From assembly GCA_963691875.1 (NCBI GenBank), contig OY829846.1, positions 1-64,000 on the forward strand: DNA of 64,000 nucleotides. Reading direction: 5' to 3'. This DNA is from Aureliella sp. Its GTDB lineage: Bacteria > Planctomycetota > Planctomycetia > Pirellulales > Pirellulaceae. The position numbers and the translations under genes are program-made. Each line of letters starts with the position of its first letter. Positions within the stretch are counted from its first letter, which is position 1. Shown here in pieces: positions 1 through 9,901 of this stretch. The notes under the pieces are model-generated. The model did not search any database. It saw nothing but the letters and a program-made list of their open reading frames with translations, and had not been told where the DNA came from.

Positions 1-1600
1 AAAGTGGTTTCTTCTCCGAGTCGCCTTCCGTGATTCCCGCAAAACGATACTGATCCGCGACGGCAATCTCCTTTTGATCTGAACGTGTCCTCAAGTCGCC
101 ATCAAGATCGAGTATGTAGCGAGCGTCGTGAGTGTGAACACCACTCCCATGCACTCCCCATGAAATCCAAACTCGAAACCGCCCCACTGCCTTCGGATTC
201 CAAGTAAATACATCTTGCCCAGTTTTGTTCGGCCACCACGTGTAACGACCACGGCTGAGATTTCCGACATGAGAGTCATCGCCTGGGTCGTCTTTGTATC
301 CGCGACTCGTTCCAACTGGATTGGCTCCATGTCCGTTCTTCTTCGCCAGTAATGTGACGTGATCTAGGTCCTCGTCGTCAATGATGATAGTGCGACGAGT
401 AGACGCTAGTGGCTGAAACGCGACTAACTGATTTCGCAATGCGTCGAGCCTTGGCTTTAGTCCTTCTGCTTTGGCGACATTGGCTACATATTCCTTGTCG
501 CGGATTTCTCGATCACCGTACTTTACGCCAGCAAAGAACGCTTGCAGCGAGTAGTAGTCCTTTTGTGAGATCGGATCGAACTTGTGATCATGGCAGCGGG
601 CGCATCCCACGGTCAGTCCCAAGAAAGTCGCTGTGGTACCGACGATGATCTCATGCAGCTCATCTTGTCTTGCAAGCCGTTTCGATGCATCGTCTTTGCC
701 GATTTGACCAGGCAATAATGCCGCTGCAGCGACCATGAAGCCGGTGCCCGCTGGGACGCTCATCGCGTCGCCCACAAGTTGCTCTTTCACAAATTGATCA
801 TAGGGCTTGTCTCGATTGAATGCACCGATGACGTAGTCGCGATAAGGCCATGCGTTGGGCCGCGGCGTGTTGACTTCGTAGCCGTGCGTGTCTGCATAGC
901 GCACGATGTCGAGCCAGTGCTGAGCCCAACGCTCGCCGTAACGCGAACTGGCGAGTAACTCGTCAACCAATTGTTTAGTGGCTTCGAGCGTTCTCGATTC
1001 ATCTCCAGAAAGTAGCGGCACCCAATGTTCCAGATCTTCAGGAGTTGGGAACAGGCCATGCAGGTCTAAAAACAGACGCCGCACCAAAGTCACTGCTTCT
1101 GCTCGAGATGATCTTTTGAGTCGTTTCTCCGCAAGCTTTGCATCAACAAATCCGTCAATCGGATGTAAAGTAATGCTCGGCGGATCGGTTTTCTTCAAAG
1201 GCTGGAAAGCCCAGTGCGAATTTGGATCTGCCTGCGGCTGCTCTTCTGTCGGAGCAATGGCACGTTCTTCGATCCATTGTCGAAACCGAGAGAGTTGCTC
1301 GGGCGAGAGAGGCTCGCCTTCCGGCGGCATTCGGATTTCAGGATCATCAGAGGAAACGCGAGCGAAAACCTTACTTTCCAGAAGATTGTCGGGATCAATG
1401 GCAGGCCCGGTATCGCCGCCTTTTTTCATCAGTGCGACAGTGTCGACTCGTAGTCCTGCCTCTTGTTTGAGCGCGCCGTGACAGCTGTAGCACTTCGCCT
1501 TCAGCACCGGTTTGATGTCGCGCGTATATTCCACCTCGCCAGCCAGCGGATAACTCGGCGTTAGCAAAAAGAGCAAGAGTGGAACACAAAGACATTTCAT
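1..1600 (-). CDS. Planctomycete cytochrome C / DUF1549 (PSD1-type) protein, 3' end outside the window
   Basis: Absent from the ORF track because it runs off the left edge. Manual translation from ATG at 1600 gives MKCLCVPLLLFLL...DIKPVLKAKCYSCHG...HWAFQP...YGERWAQHWLDIVRYADTHG...AWPYRDYVI...[19 protein letters not shown], and I saw no stop before position 1. Confidence 0.92.
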   Translation of the reverse strand, partial: MKCLCVPLLLFLLTPSYPLAGEVEYTRDIKPVLKAKCYSCHGALKQEAGLRVDTVALMKKGGDTGPAIDPDNLLESKVFARVSSDDPEIRMPPEGEPLSPEQLSRFRQWIEERAIAPTEEQPQADPNSHWAFQPLKKTDPPSITLHPIDGFVDAKLAEKRLKRSSRAEAVTLVRRLFLDLHGLFPTPEDLEHWVPLLSGDESRTLEATKQLVDELLASSRYGERWAQHWLDIVRYADTHGYEVNTPRPNAWPYRDYVIGAFNRDKPYDQFVKEQLVGDAMSVPAGTGFMVAAAALLPGQIGKDDASKRLARQDELHEIIVGTTATFLGLTVGCARCHDHKFDPISQKDYYSLQAFFAGVKYGDREIRDKEYVANVAKAEGLKPRLDALRNQLVAFQPLASTRRTIIIDDEDLDHVTLLAKKNGHGANPVGTSRGYKDDPGDDSHVGNLSRGRYTWWPNKTGQDVFTWNPKAVGRFRVWISWGVHGSGVHTHDARYILDLDGDLRTRSDQKEIAVADQYRFAGITEGDSEKKPL

Positions 1601-2628
1601 GCCATCCAGTTTAACTGTTCTACTCTCGAAGTGGGATTTTCAAAGGTTGAGTTCCAGGCCCAAGACAAAGCGAGACTCCGCAGACTGTAGCTCTCTTGCG
1701 GCTTTCGAGGAATTGCACGGTCCCGTCCGAGTCCGCCCACTTATAAGCATTTGAACTTATGATCTTCGCTCGTGGTCTCAATGGGGCCAGATCGAGCTCC
1801 GAAGGAATGGGGATGAAATTACGAAACCTGATATCGAATTCTGAATTAGCTGCAGAGCTAGAGCCCAACTTTTTTCGGATTTCGCGTGTCTGTCGATTGG
1901 CGTCCATCCCCTAATGTGGATGCATGTATTACGTGAGGGGTCTGGTGAAGAGAACTTCGATGACGAGAAAACGAAAACGACGATAGCTAAAAGATCGTAA
2001 AACTAAGTCAGGAACGCCAAGCAATGCTTGCGGCCGATAAATCGGAGGCGAAAGTTGTCAGAGACCTGAGATTACCTTGTCCACCTAACAGCGCGCATCT
2101 CTATTGCAAACTATGCAGTCCGCCATGTCGCGCAGTCCATCCCGGTGCTTCGTTAAGCTCCTGTTCCGAATGCAACTAGGGTTTTAGGGAAAGTCGCCCT
2201 ATCAGAGCCGGAGCGAGTTTTACCCGGTTCTAATTTTGTTCTGTGTCGATCCTTCGAAACACAGGACGGATCCTGACTCACATTTATTGAGTGCGTAGAA
2301 TCGGATAATGCCGGCTAAATAAAGAAATATACTGGACCTCTTTCGCGACTTCGACAACTGGTTGGCTGGAAACAATCGTCTGGTGGCTCAACGCCAGCAC
2401 TTATTACTAACCCACGGCTTCGCCTTGCAATCTGTGAGTAGGCAGAGCTCGACGCTTGTACTCTCCCTTTGAGGGCAGCGCCTTTGTGAGCTTCGCGTCT
2501 TTGCATGAGACTCAGTGAGAAAGTCGTGACGGCCAGCTGAACCCCATGGGCCATCTGTCAACGTACTTTCAGCTTGTTGCACTAGCTAGAGGTCGTAACT
2601 TTAAATTCTTGTTTGCTCTATTGCCAAA

Positions 2629-3681
2629 TCACTCGTCCTTTTTCGGTGGGCGGTGTTGGTATTTCTCGCCCCAGAGGCGTTCGGTGGCTCGAACAAACTG
2701 TTGATCGGTAACGGGAGTTTCGGTATCCCAACGGAAGCCCATCTGAACTCCAAAGCTCGTGTGGGTTCGGTGGTTCTTGGCTGGTGGGTTGTACCCCAGA
2801 ATCGTTTTGCGGAATACAGCGGGATCCATGTTGCCTGGCTCGAGCGAAGCGACGACCCTTCCATACAGTCCGTAGGAGTCCGGTGCAAGTAGGTGGATTC
2901 CGCGTTTTGCTGCCGGCTTAAGGCCTTGGATGTTGCGTAGTTTCATATCCTCGGTGGCGGAAGCAAAAATAAACTGACCTCCTAGCTCTTCCTGCCAAGC
3001 AATGGGCAGCAGCTGTTTCCGAAGTGCTTCGAGATCCTGGGCATCTTTGCCAACGGCAAGTACCACGGGGATGTAGTCACAAGAAGCAACATTGATTGCC
3101 AAGCTCACGCTTTTCATCTCTGGCAAGGACTTGTTCTGCCAACGCTGCGTTTCCGCCGCGTGATATTTATTTTGTAGCAGTTGTCTCATCGTGCGAGCGC
3201 TGAACATCGCGTGACGGCCAGGACGGCTAAGCAGTGTCTTGCCATCTGAGTCGAGTAATGCCACTACCGTGTTGGCCAAAGTTTGACCATAGAGTTCTTC
3301 TAGGAATTTTGCTTCTTCGGGGTCTTCATAGGTTGCCAAGCGGATACAAACGAAGTCTCGAGAGGCTTGGATCACGTCGCGGTCAGACAGGAAACTCCTG
3401 TCCATGTTTTGCTTGCCTGGTCACCAAATGCCAGGCACCGCTTCACATTGGGGAGCTGCAGAGACGAGGAAGACGGGACGGTTGCTACGTTTCGCCTCCG
3501 CTAAGCCGTCCCTGAGCTGACCATACCAAGCGATCTTCGGGGTGATCTCGCTCTTAGGCGGATTCGATTGCTGTGCGAGAGTGCCGCTTGGCTGCTGAGC
3601 AGAGTTAATGGCGGCTATGACTGCAATCGCAGCCACAAGTCCAACAGAGCCACGTTGAAAGAGTCTCATCGTGCGTCCCAT
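2629..3681 (-). CDS. Putative exported thioredoxin-fold selenoprotein (about 350 aa; TGA at 3421-3423 read as Sec)
   Basis: ORF 3421..3681 and ORF 2629..3405 share a frame and are separated only by TGA plus 5 sense codons (PGKQN). The joined sequence WYGQLRDGLAEAKRSNRPVFLVSAAPQCEAVPGIW-U-PGKQNMDRSFLSDRDVIQASRDFVCIRL follows the Thioredoxin_7-like pattern. It has an N-terminal signal peptide and a SECIS-like hairpin downstream of the TGA. Confidence 0.75.
3384..3420 (-). promoter_or_regulatory. Candidate bacterial SECIS element
   Basis: mRNA after UGA reads CCAGGCAAGCAAAACAUG-GACAGGA-GUU-UCCUGUC-UG. There is a 7-bp perfect stem (3386-3402), extendable by two G-U pairs. The apical loop starts with GU, 25 nt after the UGA. 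Confidence 0.7.
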
Positions 3682-3873
3682 GAAAGTTATGTTCCGAGAA
3701 AAGAGCCGTTAGAAGTCATTCCGAAAAGTGTCTCCGGCAGAGGACGCATTTAGAACGAGATTGCGTACTTCGCCGAAAGCGGTTTCGATCGGGGGAGGAG
3801 AGTAGCGATTCGGAGGACGTGGGCAAAGTGGGCGAAGAGGTCGGTGTGATGGGAGGAATTCTGGGGAATCCCA

Positions 3874-4785
3874 CTACTTGGAGATGTTCATGAGGAGGCC
3901 AAAGACTCCAAGAAATGCAATGACGGCTCCACCAATCGCGATGGGACCGATCTTCTCGCGATACGCAAAATAAACGACGGGAATGACGAACAGCGGTGAA
4001 GTTGACGTGAGCGTTGCAGCCACACCGATCCGACAGTATTTGAATGCGATCAGCATGAGACACACGCCAAAGACGGTTCCCACGAGGCTTGCAAGGCATA
4101 GGTCCCGTATGGCAATGCGATTTCCTCTCATTTCTTTCAGCTCGGCAATCTGGCTGCCCCAAAAGCTTGACACGACACCGAAAACAGAAGCAGCCAGCAG
4201 TCGAATAAAGGTTGCTTCCAGCGGCGGAACGTCTTGCACGCCTTGTTTAAGAAGAACAGACCCGACGGCCATGTTCGCGATTCCAAATAAGGCGCAAATA
4301 ACACCCCAGTGCATCGATCCTGGACGGATCTCCTGATCTCGATTCTTTTCAGACCTTTGCAACATCACGACCGCAATTCCAAATAGCGTCATTGCGATCC
4401 AACCCCAGACTAGGACGGTCAGCCTATCGCCCAGCCAAACTTGGCCGAGCAAGGTGGTTGCCGGTGTAGTCAGCAAGGTCAGAGTTAAACCACGGCGTGG
4501 TCCCAAGATCTGGATACTGCGAAAGTATGCAATATCGGCAAATCCCAGCCCAATGACTCCACTGATCGCGATGTCGCGAAATGCACTCGCCGAGACCGTG
4601 AACAAGGGCTGATCGAAAAAGAAATAGGCGACCAGCAATACAAAAAACATGCAGACGGTAGCCAGCGTATTCTTACAAGTCGTTATGGCTCCAGCGCCCA
4701 GCGGTACTCGCACGTACCACACACTGGCGATCGCCCAGCTCGCCGCGGCGGCCAGCCCAGCAATTGCTCCTAGTCGCTCCTCCAT
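3874..4785 (-). CDS. DMT/EamA family transporter
   Basis: 303 aa with about 10 hydrophobic segments in two repeats (GAIAGLAAAASWA...; GVICALFG...AVGSVLLK...; AATLTSTSPLFVIP). Confidence 0.9.
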   Translation of the reverse strand: MEERLGAIAGLAAAASWAIASVWYVRVPLGAGAITTCKNTLATVCMFFVLLVAYFFFDQPLFTVSASAFRDIAISGVIGLGFADIAYFRSIQILGPRRGLTLTLLTTPATTLLGQVWLGDRLTVLVWGWIAMTLFGIAVVMLQRSEKNRDQEIRPGSMHWGVICALFGIANMAVGSVLLKQGVQDVPPLEATFIRLLAASVFGVVSSFWGSQIAELKEMRGNRIAIRDLCLASLVGTVFGVCLMLIAFKYCRIGVAATLTSTSPLFVIPVVYFAYREKIGPIAIGGAVIAFLGVFGLLMNISK

Positions 4786-4789
4786 CTAT

Positions 4790-5560
4790 CTCTACCTGAG
4801 AGTAATCCACCAGTATTGCAAGAGCCAGCATCATAGGCAGAAAGACCAACTTGGCAATCTCTCAACCGAACCCTAAACTTCTGAACCTCGAAATAAAGCA
4901 GTGCTTGGTCCGAAAACTTCTCCGCCCGTGCATCTTTCTTCGAATTAGAGCCTTCGTCCAGCTACCCGCGGACGTCGAAGAGAGCACAGACAAATTTCTT
5001 GAAATCCAATTGCTGCGACGCGATGACATGATCAAGATCGCCTGGATCAAAGGATGCGTTCTCCCAAGACCTGCAAGCATTAACTGCGGTTTTGTCCAGC
5101 AACTCCATTTTCACCGGACTACCGGCGAGTCGCTTTTTGACGTGTTCAATTTCCTCTGCAGCACGAACGTCCTTTTTGCTAAATGTCAAGTTCATTCCTG
5201 TGGTGTTGAGGTCAACGAGAAAGATGAAATTCGAAAGCTGCCCACCGTTGTCCTGGTTGAGTAACTTCCTAAACTTAATCCCGCTCTCCCTCATATCGTC
5301 GCGTAAGCCAAGACGAACCGGAGCCGTCATGCATCTTCGAAACCACGGAATCAAGAACGACCCTCCAAATAACTTGGTACACCGCAACGATGTCCGCATT
5401 GTGGCTTGCCAATTAGTCAATTCCCCAGCGGCAGGGCCTCTTGGAAAACCTCGTGTTCTTCTTGGTTGAACCAAAGTGCTATGCGTTCCAAGACGCAAAG
5501 GAAGATGCTTTTGCCATCAGGACACTCCAGGTGTGTTGCGTGGCCAACAAAACCTTAAGT
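4790..5560 (-). pseudogene. Degraded gene remnant of unknown family
   Basis: Protein-like segments switch frame several times. The ORF ending at TAG 4962 continues in frame with plausible sequence (LDEGSNSKKDARAEKFSDQALLYFEVQKF). Confidence 0.4.
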
Positions 5561-5633
5561 TAGAAGTTTTGAGTACCACCGGTAACGCAGCGGAGAACCT
5601 GGGCAGGGCATTGTACGAATCAGCCTTATTCAT

Positions 5634-5693
5634 AACTCGAAGCGTGAGCGCGGGATCAGCCGTGTCCTCGCTCACTCGCCGATGCTTCGAGCT
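5634..5693. repeat. REP-like inverted repeat, family 1
   Basis: AACTCGAAGCGTGAGCGCGGGA ... TCCTCGCTCAC(TCGCCGAT)GCTTCGAGCT. Related half-copies lie at 26736, 31555, 46484 and 52024. Confidence 0.75.
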
Positions 5694-5931
5694 GAAGTAG
5701 GAAAAAAACTGCCCACGGATAGCCGGTCTTTGTCTCGGTTTGCTGTATCGCTGTAAGACGTCAGTTATTTCACGACTTAACAGAATGTTTACCGCGGCCT
5801 TCCACAAAAAACCGGGACTACGAACAGAAGAACCATTCAACGGGGCTTGGGCAATTAGAGTATGGCTTCATTCTGTCACACCATAGATCTGCTAAAATGA
5901 TACAAAACACCACCACCGCATTCTATGGTTC

Positions 5932-7254
5932 ATGTTTTCCATGAAATACTGCTTGATCCTTTGCGTACTTGCACTTGGCAATCTTTCACAGGCAGCGGAG
6001 CCGCTGCGGCCTAACATCCTGATCATTTTCACCGATGACCAAGGCTACGGCGACTTAGCTTGCTACGGAAACGAAAAGAACAAAACGCCGCGTTTGGACA
6101 AACTAGCCCGCGAGGGGATGCGTTTTACTTCCTTCTATTCACAAACAGTTTGCGGGCCTTCGCGATCTGCACTGCTGACTGGCCGACAGCCGATTCGCAG
6201 CAAAGGCTGGGGCATGCCAGCGAGTGAGATCACATTTGCAGAGCTGATAAAGAAATCGGGCTATCAAACTGCTTGCATCGGTAAATGGGATGTGTCGAAC
6301 CGCAAGGCAATCATCGATCGCATGCCCAATGCGCAAGGCTTTGACTATTACTTTGGTACGCTCGGCGCGAACGACAATGGAGCCGTAAAGTTCCACGAGA
6401 ACAACGAGCCGGCGGGCAAAACGAATGACATGGGGAGCCTGATTGGCTTGTACACCGACAAAGCCATCGAGTACTTGGAAGATAGACGTGATCCAGAAAA
6501 GCCCTTTGTGCTCTACTTGGCTCATACAATGATGCATACCATTATCGATGCATCGGAGGGATTTCGTGGCCGATCCCAAGGCGGGCTTTATGGCGACGTT
6601 GTAGAGGAGTTTGATACCGAAACTGGCAGGCTTCTCGATGCCATGGACACGCTGGGACTTACTGAAAACACGCTCGTGATTTATACGAGCGATAATGGCC
6701 CTTGGAATCAGGAGAAGTACACGAATAAGAAAAAAGGACATCCAGAGGGCTCGATATTCTGGGGAGACTCGGGCCCATTGCGGAACGGCAAGGGCTCACC
6801 CTACGAAGGCGGATATCGACTACCATGCATTGCCCGTTGGCCTGGCACAGTGCCCGCAGGCAAGAGTTCCGATGCAATTTTTGCCACAGTCGATTTGATG
6901 CCGACTTTTGCAAAATTAGCCGGATTTGAGATTCCTCAGGATCGCAAGATCGACGGTGTCGATCAGACTGCTCTACTTCTCGGTCAAAGAGAAACGGGCC
7001 GCGAGTATTTCTACTTCTCCGGTGCTGGAGTGCGTCACGGCAAGTGGAAGTACCTGAAGGCGAATGCACACTTTCACGGATATGCGATGGAAGACTCGCG
7101 CGAGAAGGTCGAAGAACTCTATGACTTGGAGGCAGACCTTGGCGAACAAGTGAACCTTGCAAGTAAGTATCCGGAACGCGTTGTTGAACTGAAGAATCTA
7201 ATGCAAGCGATCGAATCGGGCGACGTTCTCACAGCAGCCGACAATCGGAGGTAA
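5932..7254 (+). CDS. Sulfatase (S1, arylsulfatase A-like), secreted
   Basis: Signal peptide and motifs PNILIIFTDDQG, CGPSRSALLTGR, GKWD, YTSDNG. Confidence 0.96.
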   Translation: MFSMKYCLILCVLALGNLSQAAEPLRPNILIIFTDDQGYGDLACYGNEKNKTPRLDKLAREGMRFTSFYSQTVCGPSRSALLTGRQPIRSKGWGMPASEITFAELIKKSGYQTACIGKWDVSNRKAIIDRMPNAQGFDYYFGTLGANDNGAVKFHENNEPAGKTNDMGSLIGLYTDKAIEYLEDRRDPEKPFVLYLAHTMMHTIIDASEGFRGRSQGGLYGDVVEEFDTETGRLLDAMDTLGLTENTLVIYTSDNGPWNQEKYTNKKKGHPEGSIFWGDSGPLRNGKGSPYEGGYRLPCIARWPGTVPAGKSSDAIFATVDLMPTFAKLAGFEIPQDRKIDGVDQTALLLGQRETGREYFYFSGAGVRHGKWKYLKANAHFHGYAMEDSREKVEELYDLEADLGEQVNLASKYPERVVELKNLMQAIESGDVLTAADNRR

Positions 7255-7332
7255 ACGTCCTTTCCAATTTCTAAGGCACTCGTTGTTTCCGGCATTCCCA
7301 TACCACTCCAATGCTAGAAAGGGCTGAAGAAT

Positions 7333-7650
7333 ATGAGATGCCTTGCAGCACGGCCCGTTGCTGCCATCCGTAGAGCTCATGGAACCGAAGATGATAAACA
7401 CGGCGTGAACCTATTCATCTCGCATCATATCGAAGAGCTTGCGGTCGAATACTGGGGCCAGGATTGCAATATCGCAACGCCAGTGGCAGCCCAGGTTCTC
7501 GACATCCTAGTTCAAAAACCTAGCATGGACGATGAAGAGGACGCGTCAGAAATGATGGACTTCACTCCTCCTGGAGGTGTTACCGATTACGTTATTTTCG
7601 TCGAATTCGACGAAGACGGCAATGTTGCAGAAATCACGATGGAAAGCTGA
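7333..7650 (+). CDS. Small acidic protein, DUF2004-like
   Basis: LFISHHIEEL..YW and a C-terminal DFT.PG.VTDYVI.VEFDEDG.V..I.MES pattern. The N-terminus may be damaged. Confidence 0.55.
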   Translation: MRCLAARPVAAIRRAHGTEDDKHGVNLFISHHIEELAVEYWGQDCNIATPVAAQVLDILVQKPSMDDEEDASEMMDFTPPGGVTDYVIFVEFDEDGNVAEITMES

Positions 7651-7956
7651 AGGCTTGCAGAGCTCTTAGCCTTGTTGTTTTAAATGCTGGGATCATGGGG
7701 ACACGAACTATAGTTTTATTCTTGTTACTGGATCGGAAATCAGTGCTGATCAAGTTTTAATTCTGGTCAACTGTTGCTTCGCAAAGGCAACTGCATACGT
7801 GCGCGAGGTGAAAAGCTACCACGCTAAATTGAAACGCTGATCGGCCCCCTTGCGGAAACCTCTTTGGTACACAATCTGTGTTATCCTGGGACAGGTGTAG
7901 GTCTTTGGTCGTGCCTTCCCTTCTCCGTTTCTTTCACCCAGTCCGTTCAGTTTCCA

Positions 7957-9843
7957 ATGCACTACTTTGCTCTTCGCGTTACACTCGTCGCGATTCTTTT
8001 TCTCGGTACGACGTCTGAAGGAACTTTTGCCGACAAGCCGAATATCATCGTCATCTTCACGGACGACCAGGGCTACAACGACTTGGGGTGTTTCGGCTCA
8101 CCCAATATCAAGACGCCTAACATCGACCAACTCGCGAAGGAAGGTATGCGGCTGACAAGCTTCTATTCCGGTTCGTCGGTTTGCACTCCATCTAGAGCTG
8201 CTTTGCTTACTGGCTGCTATCCCGAACGAGTCGGAAACCTTCCTGTTCTTTTTCCAAACTCAGATCGCGGCTTGAGCCTTAACGAGACAACGATAGCAGA
8301 GTTGTTAAAGAGTCAAGGTTACGCCACTGCCTGCTTTGGCAAATGGCACCTGGGGCATCACGCTCAGTTCCTGCCCACGAATCATGGCTTCGATGAATAC
8401 TTCGGAGTTCCCTACAGCAACGACATGGGAATCGATCCCGGTATGAAACTTGCCGAAGCGGCCGTTTTTCGAGAAGGAAAGACTCGGGAAGCGTTTCTCG
8501 CGGGAAAGGAAAAACTGCCTCCGCTGATGCGAGGTACCGAAGTTATCGAATGGCCCGCCGATCAAACTCAACTCACCCAGCGATACACGTCCGAAGCGAA
8601 ACGCTTTATTCGAAAAAACGGAGATCGTCCGTTCTTCATCTATTTGCCTCACACGATGCCTCATATTCCGCTGTTTGTCTCCGATCGGTTTCGTGGGCAA
8701 AGCGACGCGGGGCTTTACGGCGATACGCTTGAGGAAATCGATTGGTCGGTGGGCGAAATCGTCAAGACATTGAAAGAGCAGAACATCGAAGATAACACAT
8801 TGATTGTCTATACCTCGGACAACGGCCCTTGGAACCTCAAAGGCAACGATACTGACAAAATGAAGGGTAATATGAATCGCCGTATTGGTGGTTCTGCTTT
8901 TCCGCTCCGGGGGCACAAGTTTTCAAAATGGGAGGGCGGTCTGCGCGTTCCTTGTGTCGTTCATTGGCCCAGTAAAATTGCAGCTGGTGCAGAGACCGAT
9001 GAAATCATAGCCAGTATCGATCTTCTACCTACTTTTGCGGCACTATCGGGAGCGAAACTACCTGCTCAAAAGATAGATGGTGTCAGTGCAGCCGACTTGT
9101 TACTTGGCAAGTCCGACACGTCGAGTCGGCAAACTTATTTTTATCGCAATGCTGCTGTTCGCAAGGGCGATTGGAAGTTTGTCGAAAACAAGCTTTTTAA
9201 TTTGAAGTCGGACATTGGCGAGTCTAAAAACCTGGCTGATAAGCATCCGGCGAAACTGGCTGAACTCAAACAGCTGTTAGCCGACCATCAAGCCGAGATC
9301 AAGTCGGATGGTCGAAGCCCGGCGTATCACGAACGAGCTCCTTATCCCTTTCCGCAGAACAATGATTGGACTGTGCACCGCGGAAGATGGAGCTTCTCGA
9401 AAGAAGCACTTCGGCAGCGAGCCGACTGGAACGACGCAAAAATCAGCCTGGCCGAGTTTGAAGAAGGTGCCACGATTGTTCAAGTTGAAATCAAGGTCGC
9501 TCAGGGAAGCAGCGCTGGCTTGGTTTTGCAAAGTAGAGGTAGAGATTTGGCTGAGCTAAGGGTGCTATCCGACGGAAGCATTCGTCTCCAATCCGGAGGG
9601 GTAAAACAAGTGGTTCAGCTTGAAAGCAAGAATGGCGGGTGGCGCTTATGCAGATTGGTTATTGATGACTCAAAATTGATAGGCACCGTTGACAAAACGA
9701 AATTGGAATCAATCGAATTGACAACGTCGCCTGACCAATTATCCGCTTCACTTATTACCTACAAGTCGCAAGCTCAATTCCGGAACTTTGCGAGCATCTC
9801 CGCCGACGGAAGAGTGTTGGTCAATGCATTCAAGAAAGATTAG
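7957..9843 (+). CDS. Sulfatase with C-terminal beta-sandwich (DUF1080/concanavalin-like) extension
   Basis: Probable start MHYFALR with a signal peptide. Motifs CTPSRAALLTG, GKWHLG, HGFD, YTSDNG. About 170 extra residues begin near WTVHRGRWSF. Confidence 0.94.
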   Translation: MHYFALRVTLVAILFLGTTSEGTFADKPNIIVIFTDDQGYNDLGCFGSPNIKTPNIDQLAKEGMRLTSFYSGSSVCTPSRAALLTGCYPERVGNLPVLFPNSDRGLSLNETTIAELLKSQGYATACFGKWHLGHHAQFLPTNHGFDEYFGVPYSNDMGIDPGMKLAEAAVFREGKTREAFLAGKEKLPPLMRGTEVIEWPADQTQLTQRYTSEAKRFIRKNGDRPFFIYLPHTMPHIPLFVSDRFRGQSDAGLYGDTLEEIDWSVGEIVKTLKEQNIEDNTLIVYTSDNGPWNLKGNDTDKMKGNMNRRIGGSAFPLRGHKFSKWEGGLRVPCVVHWPSKIAAGAETDEIIASIDLLPTFAALSGAKLPAQKIDGVSAADLLLGKSDTSSRQTYFYRNAAVRKGDWKFVENKLFNLKSDIGESKNLADKHPAKLAELKQLLADHQAEIKSDGRSPAYHERAPYPFPQNNDWTVHRGRWSFSKEALRQRADWNDAKISLAEFEEGATIVQVEIKVAQGSSAGLVLQSRGRDLAELRVLSDGSIRLQSGGVKQVVQLESKNGGWRLCRLVIDDSKLIGTVDKTKLESIELTTSPDQLSASLITYKSQAQFRNFASISADGRVLVNAFKKD

Positions 9844-9901
9844 CTGACCTTCGACGACGGTATTCACCCGCTTCATTCTACTGCTCCTCTCAGACTAAAC
9901 C

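Noticed and set aside
1620..2600. 1-kb gap with short ORFs and weak repeat-like patches
   Set aside because: I could not support a family, RNA gene or clean repeat. It is possibly an old remnant.
5150..5260. FLVDLNTTG resembling a helicase / type I restriction motif
   Set aside because: No Walker A, DExD or other helicase motifs were found nearby, and the match is too short.
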